Below are positions 47,909-58,408 of a stretch of 64,000 bases of DNA, one piece after another. The position numbers and the translations under genes were made by a program. A model generated the notes under the pieces. The model saw only the letters and a program-made list of their open reading frames with translations. It did no database searches and was not told the origin of the DNA. Origin of the DNA: a bacterium (GTDB taxonomy: Bacteria > Bdellovibrionota_C > UBA2361 > CALJRW01); assembly GCA_031385045.1 (NCBI GenBank), contig JANNBC010000010.1, forward strand, positions 43,293 to 107,292, written 5' to 3'. Every line of letters begins with the position of its first letter. The first letter of the stretch is position 1.

Positions 47909-49834
47909 TTATTTACTAATCCGTAGAAGCTGTGCCACACATTCTTGAATGCTTAAGGCGTTAGTATCAATCGCTACGTCTGGATTTTTTGGTGCTTCGT
48001 AAGGAGCACTAATCCCAGTAAAGTTTTTAATTTCTCCTTGTCGAGCTTTTTGATAAAGCAGATGCGGGTCTCTTTTCTCGCAAATCTCTAGTGATGTTGA
48101 TAGATAAACTTCAATAAAACAAGAATCTCCAATAATCTTTCGAGCTTGTTCACGATCTTCCACTGTTGGACTGATAAAGGCGCAAATTACGCTAACACCA
48201 GCCTCGTTAAATAGCTTGGCAACTTCTGCGACGCGACGTAAATTTTCTTGGCGATCTTTGGCGGAGAATCCTAAGTCTTTATTAAGTCCTGTTCGTAGGT
48301 TGTCACCATCTAGTAAGTAGACCGGGCGATTATTTTCAAATAGCTTTTTCTCAAAAGCCTTTGCAATTGTTGATTTGCCAGATCCTGAAAGTCCAGTAAA
48401 CCAATATGTCCGTGCCACATGACCAAACTTCTGTTCGCGATCGCTTCGCTCAATTAAGCCACTTTCATGATGTAGGTTTTGGGATCGAGGTTTTTCAGAA
48501 TCTGCGCCTAGTAGTTCTAAATCTTGGCTCGAGCGATCCATGATCATTCCTGCTGCTACCGTCGCAAAATTTTCTGGATCAATTAAAATAAAATTTCCAG
48601 TTCCGCGATTTGCTTGATAACTATCCAGAAATAGTGGTGCTGTTGATTGCAATGACATTCGGCCGATTTCATTAAGTTCCAGTGCTCCACCTGGCTTACG
48701 ACTAAGTGCATTGATGTCAATTTTATACTTAACCTCAGTAATTAAAACTCTAGCTTCATTTACTGTATGACGAATAAAGTATTTTTTATTAATATCTAAT
48801 GGCTGCTCTGACATCCAGATAACCATGGCTTCAAAGTTTGTTTCAACCTTAGGGGCATTACCTGGGCGAACTAACATGCTACCTCGTCCTACATCTAGTT
48901 GATCTTCCAAAGTGATAACTACTGATTGATTAGCGCGAGCTTCGCTTAGCTGATGATCCTTATTTAGGACGGAATGTAATTCAATCGTCTTAACTTTACT
49001 CTTCTTCATGGAAGGTAAGGCTAGGACATCTTCTCCAACGCGAATAACTCCAGAACTTAACATCCCAGCATAACCTCTAAAGTTAGCACTAGGGTTAATA
49101 ATGCACTGAACAGGAAAGCGAAAGTCTACTAGGTTGGCATCTGCTTGGTTATAAACATTTTCCAGATACTCAATTAAAGTCTCTCCGTGATACCAAGGCA
49201 TTTTCTTGCTAGGAGTCACAATATTATCACCTTCTAGTGCTGATACCGGAATAAAGCGCACGTCTCTAATTCCTAACTTTTCAGCAAAGGCCATATAGTC
49301 TTTTTTGATCTGCACAAAAACATCTTCGGCATAATCCACCATGTCCATTTTATTGACAGCGACCAAAAGACGAGGAACTCCCATCAGGGAAGCGATAAAA
49401 GAATGGCGACGAGTTTGAGTAACAATTCCCTTGCGAGCATCAATTAAAATAATTGTCACATCAGCAGTTGAAGCTCCCGTTGCCATGTTGCGAGTGTATT
49501 GCTCGTGACCTGGTGTGTCGGCTAGGATAAATTTTCTTTTAGGAGTTGAGAAGTAACGGTAAGCAACATCAATTGTAATACCTTGCTCTTGTTCCGCTTT
49601 TAATCCATCAGTAACCAGGGCTAGTTCCAGAGATTCCTTGCCACGTTTAACAGAACGCTTCATTAGAGAATCTAGTTGATCCTCATAAATGTTTTTAGAG
49701 TCATGTAACAAACGTCCAATCAGTGTTGATTTACCATCATCTACTGAGCCGGCAGTAGAGAAGCGGAGCATGGAACACTTGGCTGAATCTTCTAAGAATT
49801 TAATAATACTATGATCTGAATTTTGTTCTTGCAT
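47909..49834 (-). CDS. cysNC: Bifunctional sulfate adenylyltransferase subunit 1 / APS kinase
   Basis: GSVDDGKST, EQGITIDVAY, DTPGHEQY, NKMD; C-terminal GLSGSGKST, LDGDNLR, FTGISAPYE. Confidence 0.97.
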   Translation of the reverse strand: MQEQNSDHSIIKFLEDSAKCSMLRFSTAGSVDDGKSTLIGRLLHDSKNIYEDQLDSLMKRSVKRGKESLELALVTDGLKAEQEQGITIDVAYRYFSTPKRKFILADTPGHEQYTRNMATGASTADVTIILIDARKGIVTQTRRHSFIASLMGVPRLLVAVNKMDMVDYAEDVFVQIKKDYMAFAEKLGIRDVRFIPVSALEGDNIVTPSKKMPWYHGETLIEYLENVYNQADANLVDFRFPVQCIINPSANFRGYAGMLSSGVIRVGEDVLALPSMKKSKVKTIELHSVLNKDHQLSEARANQSVVITLEDQLDVGRGSMLVRPGNAPKVETNFEAMVIWMSEQPLDINKKYFIRHTVNEARVLITEVKYKIDINALSRKPGGALELNEIGRMSLQSTAPLFLDSYQANRGTGNFILIDPENFATVAAGMIMDRSSQDLELLGADSEKPRSQNLHHESGLIERSDREQKFGHVARTYWFTGLSGSGKSTIAKAFEKKLFENNRPVYLLDGDNLRTGLNKDLGFSAKDRQENLRRVAEVAKLFNEAGVSVICAFISPTVEDREQARKIIGDSCFIEVYLSTSLEICEKRDPHLLYQKARQGEIKNFTGISAPYEAPKNPDVAIDTNALSIQECVAQLLRISK

Positions 49835-49835
49835 G

Positions 49836-50729
49836 TTAAAAGTAACCCTCTCGTTTTTTCATCTCCATTGATCCATCACGGTCGTGATCGATAATTCTAG
49901 TTGCGCGTTCTGATGTTCTAGTCGTCATCATTTCGGCAATAATATCTTCTACGCTTGTTGCTTCCGATCTAACTGCCCCAGTGCAAGGCGAGCATCCTAG
50001 GGTGCGAAAACGACAAAGGACTTCTTCTGATTTTTCACCAGGAAAAACTTTAGCTGCTTGGTTAACAGGAATTAATTGTTCTCCACGAACCACAACTTCG
50101 CGTTTTTTGGCAAAGTATAATGGGACAATTGGAATTTGCTCTAAGTGGATGTAATGCCAGACATCAAGCTCAGTCCAGTTAGAAATTGGAAAAACTCGAA
50201 TCGACTCACCTTGCGCAACTTTTCCATTATATAAATTCCAAAGCTCGGGTCGTTGGCTACGTGGTTCCCATTGTCCAAAGCGATCACGAAAAGAAAAAAC
50301 TCTTTCTTTGGCACGAGAACGTTCTTCGTCACGGCGAGCTCCGCCCATGGCAGCATCAAAATTATATTTCTTTAAACCATCAAGTAGAGCTTTAGTTTTT
50401 AACTGTCCACAACATTGTTGTGTTCCTAGATCGTAAGGGTTGGTGTTATTGGCAATCGCTTTTTCATTGCGATAGACAAGTAATTCCGCTCCGATTGATT
50501 TTGTATACTCATCACGAAAGGCATACATCTCGGGAAATTTGAATCCAGTATCAATATGCATTAACGGAAAAGGAATTTTCCCAGGATAGAATGCTTTCTT
50601 GGCCAGGTGCAGAAGTACAGAAGAGTCTTTGCCCACAGAGTAAAGCATTACTGGTCGCTCAAATTGAGCAGCAACCTCGCGCATAATATAAATACTTTCT
50701 GATTCTAGTTGTTGTAGATAAGTGATCAT
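49836..50729 (-). CDS. cysD: Sulfate adenylyltransferase subunit 2
   Basis: [42 protein letters not shown]. Confidence 0.97.
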   Translation of the reverse strand: MITYLQQLESESIYIMREVAAQFERPVMLYSVGKDSSVLLHLAKKAFYPGKIPFPLMHIDTGFKFPEMYAFRDEYTKSIGAELLVYRNEKAIANNTNPYDLGTQQCCGQLKTKALLDGLKKYNFDAAMGGARRDEERSRAKERVFSFRDRFGQWEPRSQRPELWNLYNGKVAQGESIRVFPISNWTELDVWHYIHLEQIPIVPLYFAKKREVVVRGEQLIPVNQAAKVFPGEKSEEVLCRFRTLGCSPCTGAVRSEATSVEDIIAEMMTTRTSERATRIIDHDRDGSMEMKKREGYF

Positions 50730-50732
50730 GCG

Positions 50733-52166
50733 TTACATATATCCTAATGTTGTAAGTTCATCAATTTCGCTCTGGTTTAGGTTCTGCTCACCTAATTTTC
50801 GAGCTCCACCCTTAAAAAACTTGAGTAGCTCATCAGTTTTACGCTTAAAAGTCGGCTTCAGAGAAGAATAATGATCTCCTAGGTTTCTTTCTTCAAAAGG
50901 ATCTGCTTTTAAATCATAATATTCATTGCTACTTTCAGTGTGGTGAATATGCTTTTCTTCTAAATCGTGAACCGAAAATATTTCACCACTTTCCCATGGG
51001 CCCCTTAAAGTTCCAGAGTCTTTTGGGCGTCTTTCGGCAAAGGAGTAAGCAACTTTTTGCTCGCCCCACTTTCCAGTTGTTAAAAGCGGTACTAGGGAAA
51101 TACCCTGAACTTTTTGCTCTAAGGATATTTTTGCTCCTGTGAGTTCGATTATTGTGGGAAGATAGTCAACCGTCCGCACTAGATCATTGATTGCCAATGT
51201 TTTAAGACGCTTATTATTAGCACTAAAGATAAGTGGAACATGCAGTTGCTCTTGATATAAGAACTCACCATGTCCAGCATAGTCGTGATTTCCAAGACCT
51301 TCACCATGGTCAGAAGTAACGATCCAAAGGATGTCATCATCTCCTTTAGATTTAATAAAGTCGGCCAATCGTTTTAGTTGGTCATCAATATAACGGAGCC
51401 TAGCGTCGTAGCGTGTCATTGATTCATAATATTTCTGGCGATCGTTATTATAAAAAGAAAGTGGAATGTTGTGCTTGCTAACGACAAAGTCAATTAATGC
51501 TTCGGCCTCAGGGGTGCCATATTTAGGAAACATATTTAAGTATTCCATTGGGAGAGTGGGGCTATTTTCTTCTGCCCATTCATGAACATCGTAGAGGTGA
51601 AGCCATAAGAAATACTGTTCGGGATTATTGTTTTGCTCTAGCCATTTAATGGCACGGTTAACATTGGGTTCTGCCATTAGATATTGAACTTTAGCTTCTC
51701 CGGTAAAACGTTTTAAACGAAATTCTTGCTCGGGAGTCGGAAAGCCAACTTTTCCTTCCAAGAATTTAGTCGCAGTGAAAATACCTTGTTTGTAGTTAAG
51801 GGAATTGAGCACTTGGTGTAGGTGAAAGAGTTTAGAGTTCATGCTGTCATGATTTCGCAGTACTTTGTGTTCGTATGGAAAAAGTGAGGTAAACATTGTG
51901 CTATGGGAAGGAGCCGTGTGCGAAGAGGCACTAAAGGCATTCTCAAACTTAACACCTTGTTCCATTAATTGAGATAGAAAGGGACTGGTCTCCCTGATAT
52001 ATCCATAGCATTTAAGATGATCGGGCCTTAGGGTATCAATTGTTATAAAAACAATCTTTTTAAAAGGGCCAATTGCTTTGTTTTTGTGGCATCCCGCAAA
52101 TGGAATGGTAAGTATTCCGAAAAGTATGATGCTTAGGAAAAAAAGCCTATTTTTATAGTTAAACAT
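50733..52166 (-). CDS. Sulfatase-like lipoprotein (Thr nucleophile), LGY tail; first gene of the cysD-cysNC operon
   Basis: Lipobox FAGC, IDTLRPDH, SHTAPSH, SDHGE; ends ELTTLGYM; 3 bp from cysD. Confidence 0.88.
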   Translation of the reverse strand: MFNYKNRLFFLSIILFGILTIPFAGCHKNKAIGPFKKIVFITIDTLRPDHLKCYGYIRETSPFLSQLMEQGVKFENAFSASSHTAPSHSTMFTSLFPYEHKVLRNHDSMNSKLFHLHQVLNSLNYKQGIFTATKFLEGKVGFPTPEQEFRLKRFTGEAKVQYLMAEPNVNRAIKWLEQNNNPEQYFLWLHLYDVHEWAEENSPTLPMEYLNMFPKYGTPEAEALIDFVVSKHNIPLSFYNNDRQKYYESMTRYDARLRYIDDQLKRLADFIKSKGDDDILWIVTSDHGEGLGNHDYAGHGEFLYQEQLHVPLIFSANNKRLKTLAINDLVRTVDYLPTIIELTGAKISLEQKVQGISLVPLLTTGKWGEQKVAYSFAERRPKDSGTLRGPWESGEIFSVHDLEEKHIHHTESSNEYYDLKADPFEERNLGDHYSSLKPTFKRKTDELLKFFKGGARKLGEQNLNQSEIDELTTLGYM

Positions 52167-52250
52167 TCTGGATTTTTTCTTGTTTTGAAACAGAAATGTA
52201 TCGCAAATGATTATCCGCTGTCAAAGTTGCTCCTTCTCTTTGGTTAAAGT

Positions 52251-52395
52251 ATAGTAACTCCAAAAAGTAATTTCCGTTAGGAATTGCTTTTGGAGTTACT
52301 ATCCCCCGGAGGGATAATAAAATCATATAGTTATGACAAAATCACTAAACTAACTTTTGATTATTCGGAAATTACTTTTTGTCATAACTATATAG
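52251..52395. mobile_element. Double-hairpin element, family B copy 2
   Basis: Near-identical to 27149-27295; lies between divergent sulfatase-like genes. Confidence 0.8.
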
Positions 52396-52429
52396 TTTGC
52401 TCCGAAATTGAATTGAGTGCGAACGTGCA

Positions 52430-53797
52430 ATGTTAGATAAAATCTGCCTTATTTTGATAGCCAGTTTGGCTATTTTTGCTGGAAGTTGCCAGCGTCAAGT
52501 CCAAATCCCTAATTTAAAAGATTTAAACGTACTGTTAATTGTTGTTGATACTCTCGGCGCTAAACATTTAGAGGCCTATAATCGTGAGTTAAAGAATGCT
52601 CCCAATATAACTCGCCTGGCCGATGAAGGTGTGCTTTTTGAGCAAGCATATTCTGCGGCTCCTTGGACCAAGCCGGCAATCTCTTCTATTTTTACTGGCA
52701 AACTTCCCTCTCAGCATAACGTCCGAGGGATTGATGATAATTTATTAGATGATCAACTAACTATTGCTGAGATCTTTAAGGAGCGTGGTTACAAAACAGC
52801 CGGTAGAGTTAGTCATACTTTCATTTCCGCTAAAAAAGGTTTTAGTCAGGGCTTTGATAGCTATAATGTTGTGCCATTTAAAGGGAATGTTCATGATGTG
52901 ATCACATCTCAGGAGGTGACAGCAGAGGGTCTTGATTGGTTAAAGGAGCAGCAAGCAAAAAAAGATGGCAAAAACTTTTTCATGTTCTTACATTATTTTG
53001 ACCCTCATTATACTTACCAGCATCATCAAGAGTTTGATCGCAGTTCTCATTATAAAGGCCCGTTAACTTCTGGTATGTACATTCGAAAACTTCGAGAATT
53101 AATTCCCACTCTGACACCGGCAGATATTGAATATTTAGTTAATCTTTATCATGAAGAAATTGCTTATACCGATTTTTATATTGGAAAGGTGTTAGATTAT
53201 TTGAAAGAGTCTGGCTTGGCGGACAATACGGTAGTGATTTTAACAGCAGATCATGGGGAAGAGTTCTTAGAGCACGGGGATATCGGCCATACAGTCACAC
53301 TCTATGACGAATTAGTCCGAGTTCCTTTGATCATTTCTTTACCTAAATATCTTCGTCCCCATGTCGTTAAAGAAAATGTTTCTACAATGGATATTTTACC
53401 AACTCTCATGAGTTTAGATCCTGTTAAGCTGGAATATGGATTTTCTGGTATATCCTTACTTGATGCTTTAACTGGCAAACAAGCCTTGTCTCCTATTCGT
53501 GATATTAAATTTGAAGTTGATTATCAAGCTGGAATTCAAGCTTTCAAAGCAGGTGTTAAGCAGGATGAGTTTAAGTTAATTCATGATAAGGAAACTAAGG
53601 CTTGGGAGCTTCATAATCTAGCAGTAGACCCAGCTGAATTAAATAATCAAAAAGAAGTTTATCCGGGAGACTTTGAGAGAATAAAACCTAGCTTGCAAAA
53701 CTTTATGGATTCACAAGGGGCTACAAATGGAACTCGCACCGAGGAGCAACGAACTCCAGAAGAGATTAAGCAGCTTAAAACATTAGGGTACATGTAG
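52430..53797 (+). CDS. Sulfatase-like lipoprotein (Thr nucleophile), LGY tail
   Basis: Lipobox AGSC, VDTL, PWTKPA, HYFDPH, ADHGEE; ends QLKTLGYM. Confidence 0.88.
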   Translation: MLDKICLILIASLAIFAGSCQRQVQIPNLKDLNVLLIVVDTLGAKHLEAYNRELKNAPNITRLADEGVLFEQAYSAAPWTKPAISSIFTGKLPSQHNVRGIDDNLLDDQLTIAEIFKERGYKTAGRVSHTFISAKKGFSQGFDSYNVVPFKGNVHDVITSQEVTAEGLDWLKEQQAKKDGKNFFMFLHYFDPHYTYQHHQEFDRSSHYKGPLTSGMYIRKLRELIPTLTPADIEYLVNLYHEEIAYTDFYIGKVLDYLKESGLADNTVVILTADHGEEFLEHGDIGHTVTLYDELVRVPLIISLPKYLRPHVVKENVSTMDILPTLMSLDPVKLEYGFSGISLLDALTGKQALSPIRDIKFEVDYQAGIQAFKAGVKQDEFKLIHDKETKAWELHNLAVDPAELNNQKEVYPGDFERIKPSLQNFMDSQGATNGTRTEEQRTPEEIKQLKTLGYM

Positions 53798-53858
53798 CTT
53801 TATTTATATATAGTCTGCAAAATTTAAATTGATAGAAACTTTAAAAAATAAATACGGG

Positions 53859-55202
53859 ATGATTCTTAAAACATTTATTCGTTTATTAACTTTTTCAATT
53901 TTTTTGATCTGCTGTTTGACCTTAGGTTCTTGTCAGTTATTTAAGAGCAAAAAGCCCAATGTCATTTTTCTAATGCTTGATACTTTGCGAGCCGATCATC
54001 TGGGTATTTATGGTTACGAGCGCAACACCAGTCCAAACATAGATCAGTTTGCCAGAGAAAATTTACTTTTTAAAAATGCGATTACTGCTGTTCCCTGGAC
54101 TCCCCCTTCTGTTGCGGGGATGTTAAGTGGATTATATCCGACTTCCCATAATTTTATGCCACCAAATAGTCGAGAGGAAGCAACCAGTAGTGTTTCTAAG
54201 TTGAGCGATGCTGTTTTAACACTCCCTGAAGTTTTAAAAGCACAAGGGTATCAAACACATGCAATTAGTTCTAACCCCTGGATTACGGATACTTTTGGTT
54301 TTAATCAGGGATATGAAAAATTTGAATACCTAGAGCGTGAGCAGGCTGATATTATTACAGATTCAGGAATTAAAGCGATCGATCAAATGAGTGCTAAGGA
54401 TCAGCCATTTTTTCTTTATTTACATTATCTAGATCCGCATGAGCCATACACGCCTCCAAATAAGTATGTTCAGGCTTTTAAAGGCCCACTTAAGTCTCGT
54501 GAATATGATGTGGAAATGCAACGAAAGATTGGTTTGTATGATGGTGAAATCGCCTTCATGGATGAATGTTTAGGTAAGTTGTTTACTTATCTTAAAGAAA
54601 AAAATCTTTATGAGAATTCAATTATTGTAATTGTTGGTGATCATGGTGAGCAGTTCATGGAACATGGAAATATTAGTCATGGCAATGAATTGTTTAATCC
54701 CGAGTTGCATGTGCCAATGATGATTAAGACTGGGAAGCAGGTGCAACAAAGAGTTGTGGATTATGCTGTTAGTAATATTGATTTATTTCCGACAATTTTA
54801 GATTTAGTGGGCTTAGTACCGCCAACTAATTATCAAAGTGTTTCTTTAGTTAAGGATGAAAACTCTCAAGCCCGTGGTGGGGTGCTTTCTGAAATTAAGA
54901 GAAAATATAACCAGCGTTCTTTTACTAAGTTTGATGGCCAGCGTTTGTTAGTTGGATCTCGCAGTCAAGATCTTACTGTTGATGCTAAGGATGCTGTCGC
55001 TAATTCTATTGGTGTTTTTGATTCCTTTAAAGATATTTGGGAAGAAGCTCCGATTGAGAATCCCGAGCTTCTAAAACAGTTGCAGGCCGAGTTCCAAGCC
55101 GAGCTTCAGAAATCAGAGAGTTTAAAAGTAAAGTCGGCAACAGGTGATGCCGTTGATGAGACAACGATCTCGCAGTTAGAATCTCTTGGGTATTTGAAAT
55201 AA
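53859..55202 (+). CDS. Sulfatase-like lipoprotein (Thr nucleophile), LGY tail (ORF track starts at 53829)
   Basis: Lipobox LGSC, LDTLRADH, PWTPPS, HYLDPH.PY, GDHGE; ends QLESLGYLK. Confidence 0.88.
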   Translation: MILKTFIRLLTFSIFLICCLTLGSCQLFKSKKPNVIFLMLDTLRADHLGIYGYERNTSPNIDQFARENLLFKNAITAVPWTPPSVAGMLSGLYPTSHNFMPPNSREEATSSVSKLSDAVLTLPEVLKAQGYQTHAISSNPWITDTFGFNQGYEKFEYLEREQADIITDSGIKAIDQMSAKDQPFFLYLHYLDPHEPYTPPNKYVQAFKGPLKSREYDVEMQRKIGLYDGEIAFMDECLGKLFTYLKEKNLYENSIIVIVGDHGEQFMEHGNISHGNELFNPELHVPMMIKTGKQVQQRVVDYAVSNIDLFPTILDLVGLVPPTNYQSVSLVKDENSQARGGVLSEIKRKYNQRSFTKFDGQRLLVGSRSQDLTVDAKDAVANSIGVFDSFKDIWEEAPIENPELLKQLQAEFQAELQKSESLKVKSATGDAVDETTISQLESLGYLK

Positions 55203-55204
55203 AT

Positions 55205-57289
55205 ATGATGAATAAAAATAAAGTAATCTTAATTTTCTTGGCACTGTGTTTACAGCAAGCCATGCTACCTTCTTTTGCTTTTGCTTATATTGGACCAGGT
55301 GCTGGCTTTGCCTTTTTAGGTTCAGCCTTTGTTTTCATTTTAACAATTGGCCTCGCAATTTTAACTATTCTTTTTTGGCCTTTACAGCTTGTCTTAAGAA
55401 AACTTCGGAAGAAAGGAATTTCTAGGAAAGCTAGAACTCGTCGCGTTGTAATTTTGGGTCTTGATGGATTAGAGCCAACTTTAGTGGAAAGATTAATGGG
55501 TGAAGGCCGCCTTCCAAATTTTCAAAAGTTAAAAGATCAAGGTGCCTATTCTAGATTGGGAACAACCTTGCCTTCGCTTTCTCCTGTTGCTTGGTCAACT
55601 TTTCAAACAGGAGTAAATCCTGGAGCACATAATATCTTTGATTTTTTAACTCGTGATAAGCGCTATTGTTTACCTTTGCTTTCTTCAACAGAAACTACAA
55701 CAGTTGCGAAGTATTTTCGCTTTGGTCCTTTTAAGGTTAAACGTGGTGAGCGCGCCGAAGTGAAATTACTACGAAAGTCTAAGCCTTTTTGGAAAATCCT
55801 TGGGGATAAAGGGATTTTTTCTAATATTATTCGAGTTCCAATTTCATATCCACCAGAAAAATTTGCTGGAAATATTCTTTCAGCAATGTGTACGCCAGAC
55901 TTACGTGGGACACAGGGAACCTTTTCTTTTTTTACAAGTGATCCAGGACATCACGAGCTTAGTACCGATGGGACAACTGGTGGAGAAGTTAAATCGCTGG
56001 ACAAGAGGGGAGATTCCTATCATGGTATTTTAGTTGGTCCACCAGATGCTGCTAACCCCAGTCAAAATTTAACATTAGATTTTATTGTCACACCAAAGAG
56101 TCCAACGCTAGCTGATTTCCAAATTGGCGAAGAGAAATTTTCGTTGGAGCTTGGTAAATTGTCAGATTGGATTTCTGTTCGATTTGGCAAAAAGATTTTT
56201 GGCATCGCACGTTTTTGTTTGCGTGCTTCACAGCCCGAATGTTCTGTGTATATTTCCCCCATTAATGTCGATCCAAGTAATCCGGCACTTCCCATCTCAC
56301 AGCCAATATATTTTTCTAATTGGATTGCCAAGAGTCAAGGTCTGTTTGGGACACTAGGAATGTTGGAAGACACTTGGGGGCGTAATGAATTAGCACTTAA
56401 TGACAGTGCTTTTTTAGAACAAGCCTACTTAACTCATGCTGAGCGTGAGAAAATGTTTTTTGAAACCTTAAGCAAAACTCGTGAAGGTTTATGTTGTTGT
56501 GTCTTTGATGCTAGTGACCGCATTCAGCATATGTTCTGGCGTTACATGGATCCTAACCATCCATCTCCTTTAGAAGGCGATGAATTTAAGGACACTATTC
56601 CAAAGATGTACGAGCGAATGGATCAGCTGGTCGGTAAGACCATGTCTAAATTAAATCCGAAGGATACCTTTATAATTTTAAGTGATCATGGATTCGCTTC
56701 CTTCCGACGTTGTATTGGGCTGAATGCTTGGTTGTATCAAAATGGTTATTTAGCTTTGAAGGAAGGTGCCAAGCCAGGACGTGATTATTTCCAAGATGTA
56801 GATTGGAGTAAGACGAAAGCTTTTGCTGTAGGACTATCGGGAATTTATATTAATCGCAAAGGTCGCGAGGTCAATGGGATTGTTGCAGAGGAAGAAGCGA
56901 AGTTATTAAAGCAGGAATTGTCCGATAAGATTGAGCAATTAAGAGACCCTCAGGATAATGCTAATGTCGTTAGTAAGGTCTATGACACGGCAGTTCATTA
57001 CACTGGAATTTATGCGAAAGATGCTCCAGACTTGATCATTGGATATTATCCAGGATTTAGAGTCTCGTGGGATTCCGTTACTGGAACAGTAGAAGAAGAA
57101 ATTTTCTCGGATAATTTAAAAGCTTGGAGTGGGGATCATCATGTCGATCCAAAATTAATTCCGGGAATCTTATTTGTTAATCAGAAGAAAGAACTAAATA
57201 ATCCACACATTGCTGATTTGGCACCTACCGTCTTGGATCTTTTTAATGTGTCGATACCCAAATATATGGAAGGAAAGGTTTTAATCTAA
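55205..57289 (+). CDS. AlkP-superfamily phosphodiesterase/NPP-like protein with a signal peptide-YIGPG-TM N-terminus
   Basis: GLDG, LPSLSPVAWSTF.TG.NPG.H.IFDF, DRIQH, SDHGF, SGDH. Confidence 0.85.
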   Translation: MMNKNKVILIFLALCLQQAMLPSFAFAYIGPGAGFAFLGSAFVFILTIGLAILTILFWPLQLVLRKLRKKGISRKARTRRVVILGLDGLEPTLVERLMGEGRLPNFQKLKDQGAYSRLGTTLPSLSPVAWSTFQTGVNPGAHNIFDFLTRDKRYCLPLLSSTETTTVAKYFRFGPFKVKRGERAEVKLLRKSKPFWKILGDKGIFSNIIRVPISYPPEKFAGNILSAMCTPDLRGTQGTFSFFTSDPGHHELSTDGTTGGEVKSLDKRGDSYHGILVGPPDAANPSQNLTLDFIVTPKSPTLADFQIGEEKFSLELGKLSDWISVRFGKKIFGIARFCLRASQPECSVYISPINVDPSNPALPISQPIYFSNWIAKSQGLFGTLGMLEDTWGRNELALNDSAFLEQAYLTHAEREKMFFETLSKTREGLCCCVFDASDRIQHMFWRYMDPNHPSPLEGDEFKDTIPKMYERMDQLVGKTMSKLNPKDTFIILSDHGFASFRRCIGLNAWLYQNGYLALKEGAKPGRDYFQDVDWSKTKAFAVGLSGIYINRKGREVNGIVAEEEAKLLKQELSDKIEQLRDPQDNANVVSKVYDTAVHYTGIYAKDAPDLIIGYYPGFRVSWDSVTGTVEEEIFSDNLKAWSGDHHVDPKLIPGILFVNQKKELNNPHIADLAPTVLDLFNVSIPKYMEGKVLI

Positions 57290-57504
57290 TATTTTTAGAA
57301 TAGTATTGGTGAAGACTACTGTTAGTAGTAAAGTTGAAAAACTACTAATAATCTATAAGAGAATTGTTTGGGATATTTTTTGGTTGATCTCTGTCTTGCT
57401 CTTGGTGGTTGAGGAATTAAATTGATTGGAGCTATCGAAGCCAGCAGGCGCGAACAGATCTTACAGCGAATTTTTGAATCTGATAATTATACGATATTTC
57501 ATTA

Positions 57505-58098
57505 TTAACAACTACCAGCGCCCCAAGTACCTTTTGTGTTGTACTTTGATCCATCAGTCCAAATATAACTGTATTTTGTGAAATGATTATTGTTATTATT
57601 AAACATTGAACAATCAGTTAGATCGAACGAAAGTCCAAAACTAATCGGAGTAGCTCCACTAGTAGTTATAGTCAAGTCTTCGCTATAATGAACAAAGGCA
57701 TTCCAAGTGCTAGGTGGAGTTAGCATTTCTTTAGGATAGATACTGTTTATTTCCTCTTGGGAGAGTAAGTCATATCTAGGAGTACCGCCGACACCACCAA
57801 CGAGAGTTGATACTTCGAGGCGAGGATTAGAGCCACCAGCAAACCACTGCACAGCAAAACTTGTCCTGACATCTCCCAGTCTGTCAGCTGCAATATCCCT
57901 TGCCGCTTGGTTAGCGACAGTGAAGTCGTGTAATGTCGATAGGATAGTTGCCTTTTTTGCAGAATCAGAAAACTGTCTAAATCCAGCCACAGAAATTGCC
58001 GAGAGAATTCCGACAATTACAATAGTTACCAATAGCTCAACAAGGGTAAATGCAGAAATTTTAGAAATATTATTGGCACGGCCTCTCAGTAAAATCAT
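57505..58098 (-). CDS. Type IV pilin-like protein
   Basis: Class III signal A|FTLVELLVTIVIVGILSAI; C-terminal Cys pair. Confidence 0.85.
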   Translation of the reverse strand: MILLRGRANNISKISAFTLVELLVTIVIVGILSAISVAGFRQFSDSAKKATILSTLHDFTVANQAARDIAADRLGDVRTSFAVQWFAGGSNPRLEVSTLVGGVGGTPRYDLLSQEEINSIYPKEMLTPPSTWNAFVHYSEDLTITTSGATPISFGLSFDLTDCSMFNNNNNHFTKYSYIWTDGSKYNTKGTWGAGSC

Positions 58099-58408
58099 AT
58101 GTATCGGATCATTTAACCTTAAAAAATTTCAAATTTCGCCTAGTATATATCCCAATGCTTGTTAATTATATTGTAAGGATTAGTATCTACTAAGTAAATA
58201 TAAAATAAATCTTTTCAGATACTTTTATAGCTAGTAGATCTAATTTTTAAATGAATGTCTGGTGACATAAGTAAACAGTTCAAGTTGAGGAATTAGCGGG
58301 AATAGGTCTATTGCTAATCTTAATCCATTATTTTCCGTGAAATATTGCCATTTAGGGTAAAAAAAGCTAGCTTTTCCTGTAGAAACCGCAAAATATTTGG
58401 AAAGTGTT

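Noticed and set aside
49836..49860. CysD C-terminus KREGYF as another LGY-type tail
   Set aside because: This is the normal conserved CysD ending and lacks the LxxL pattern
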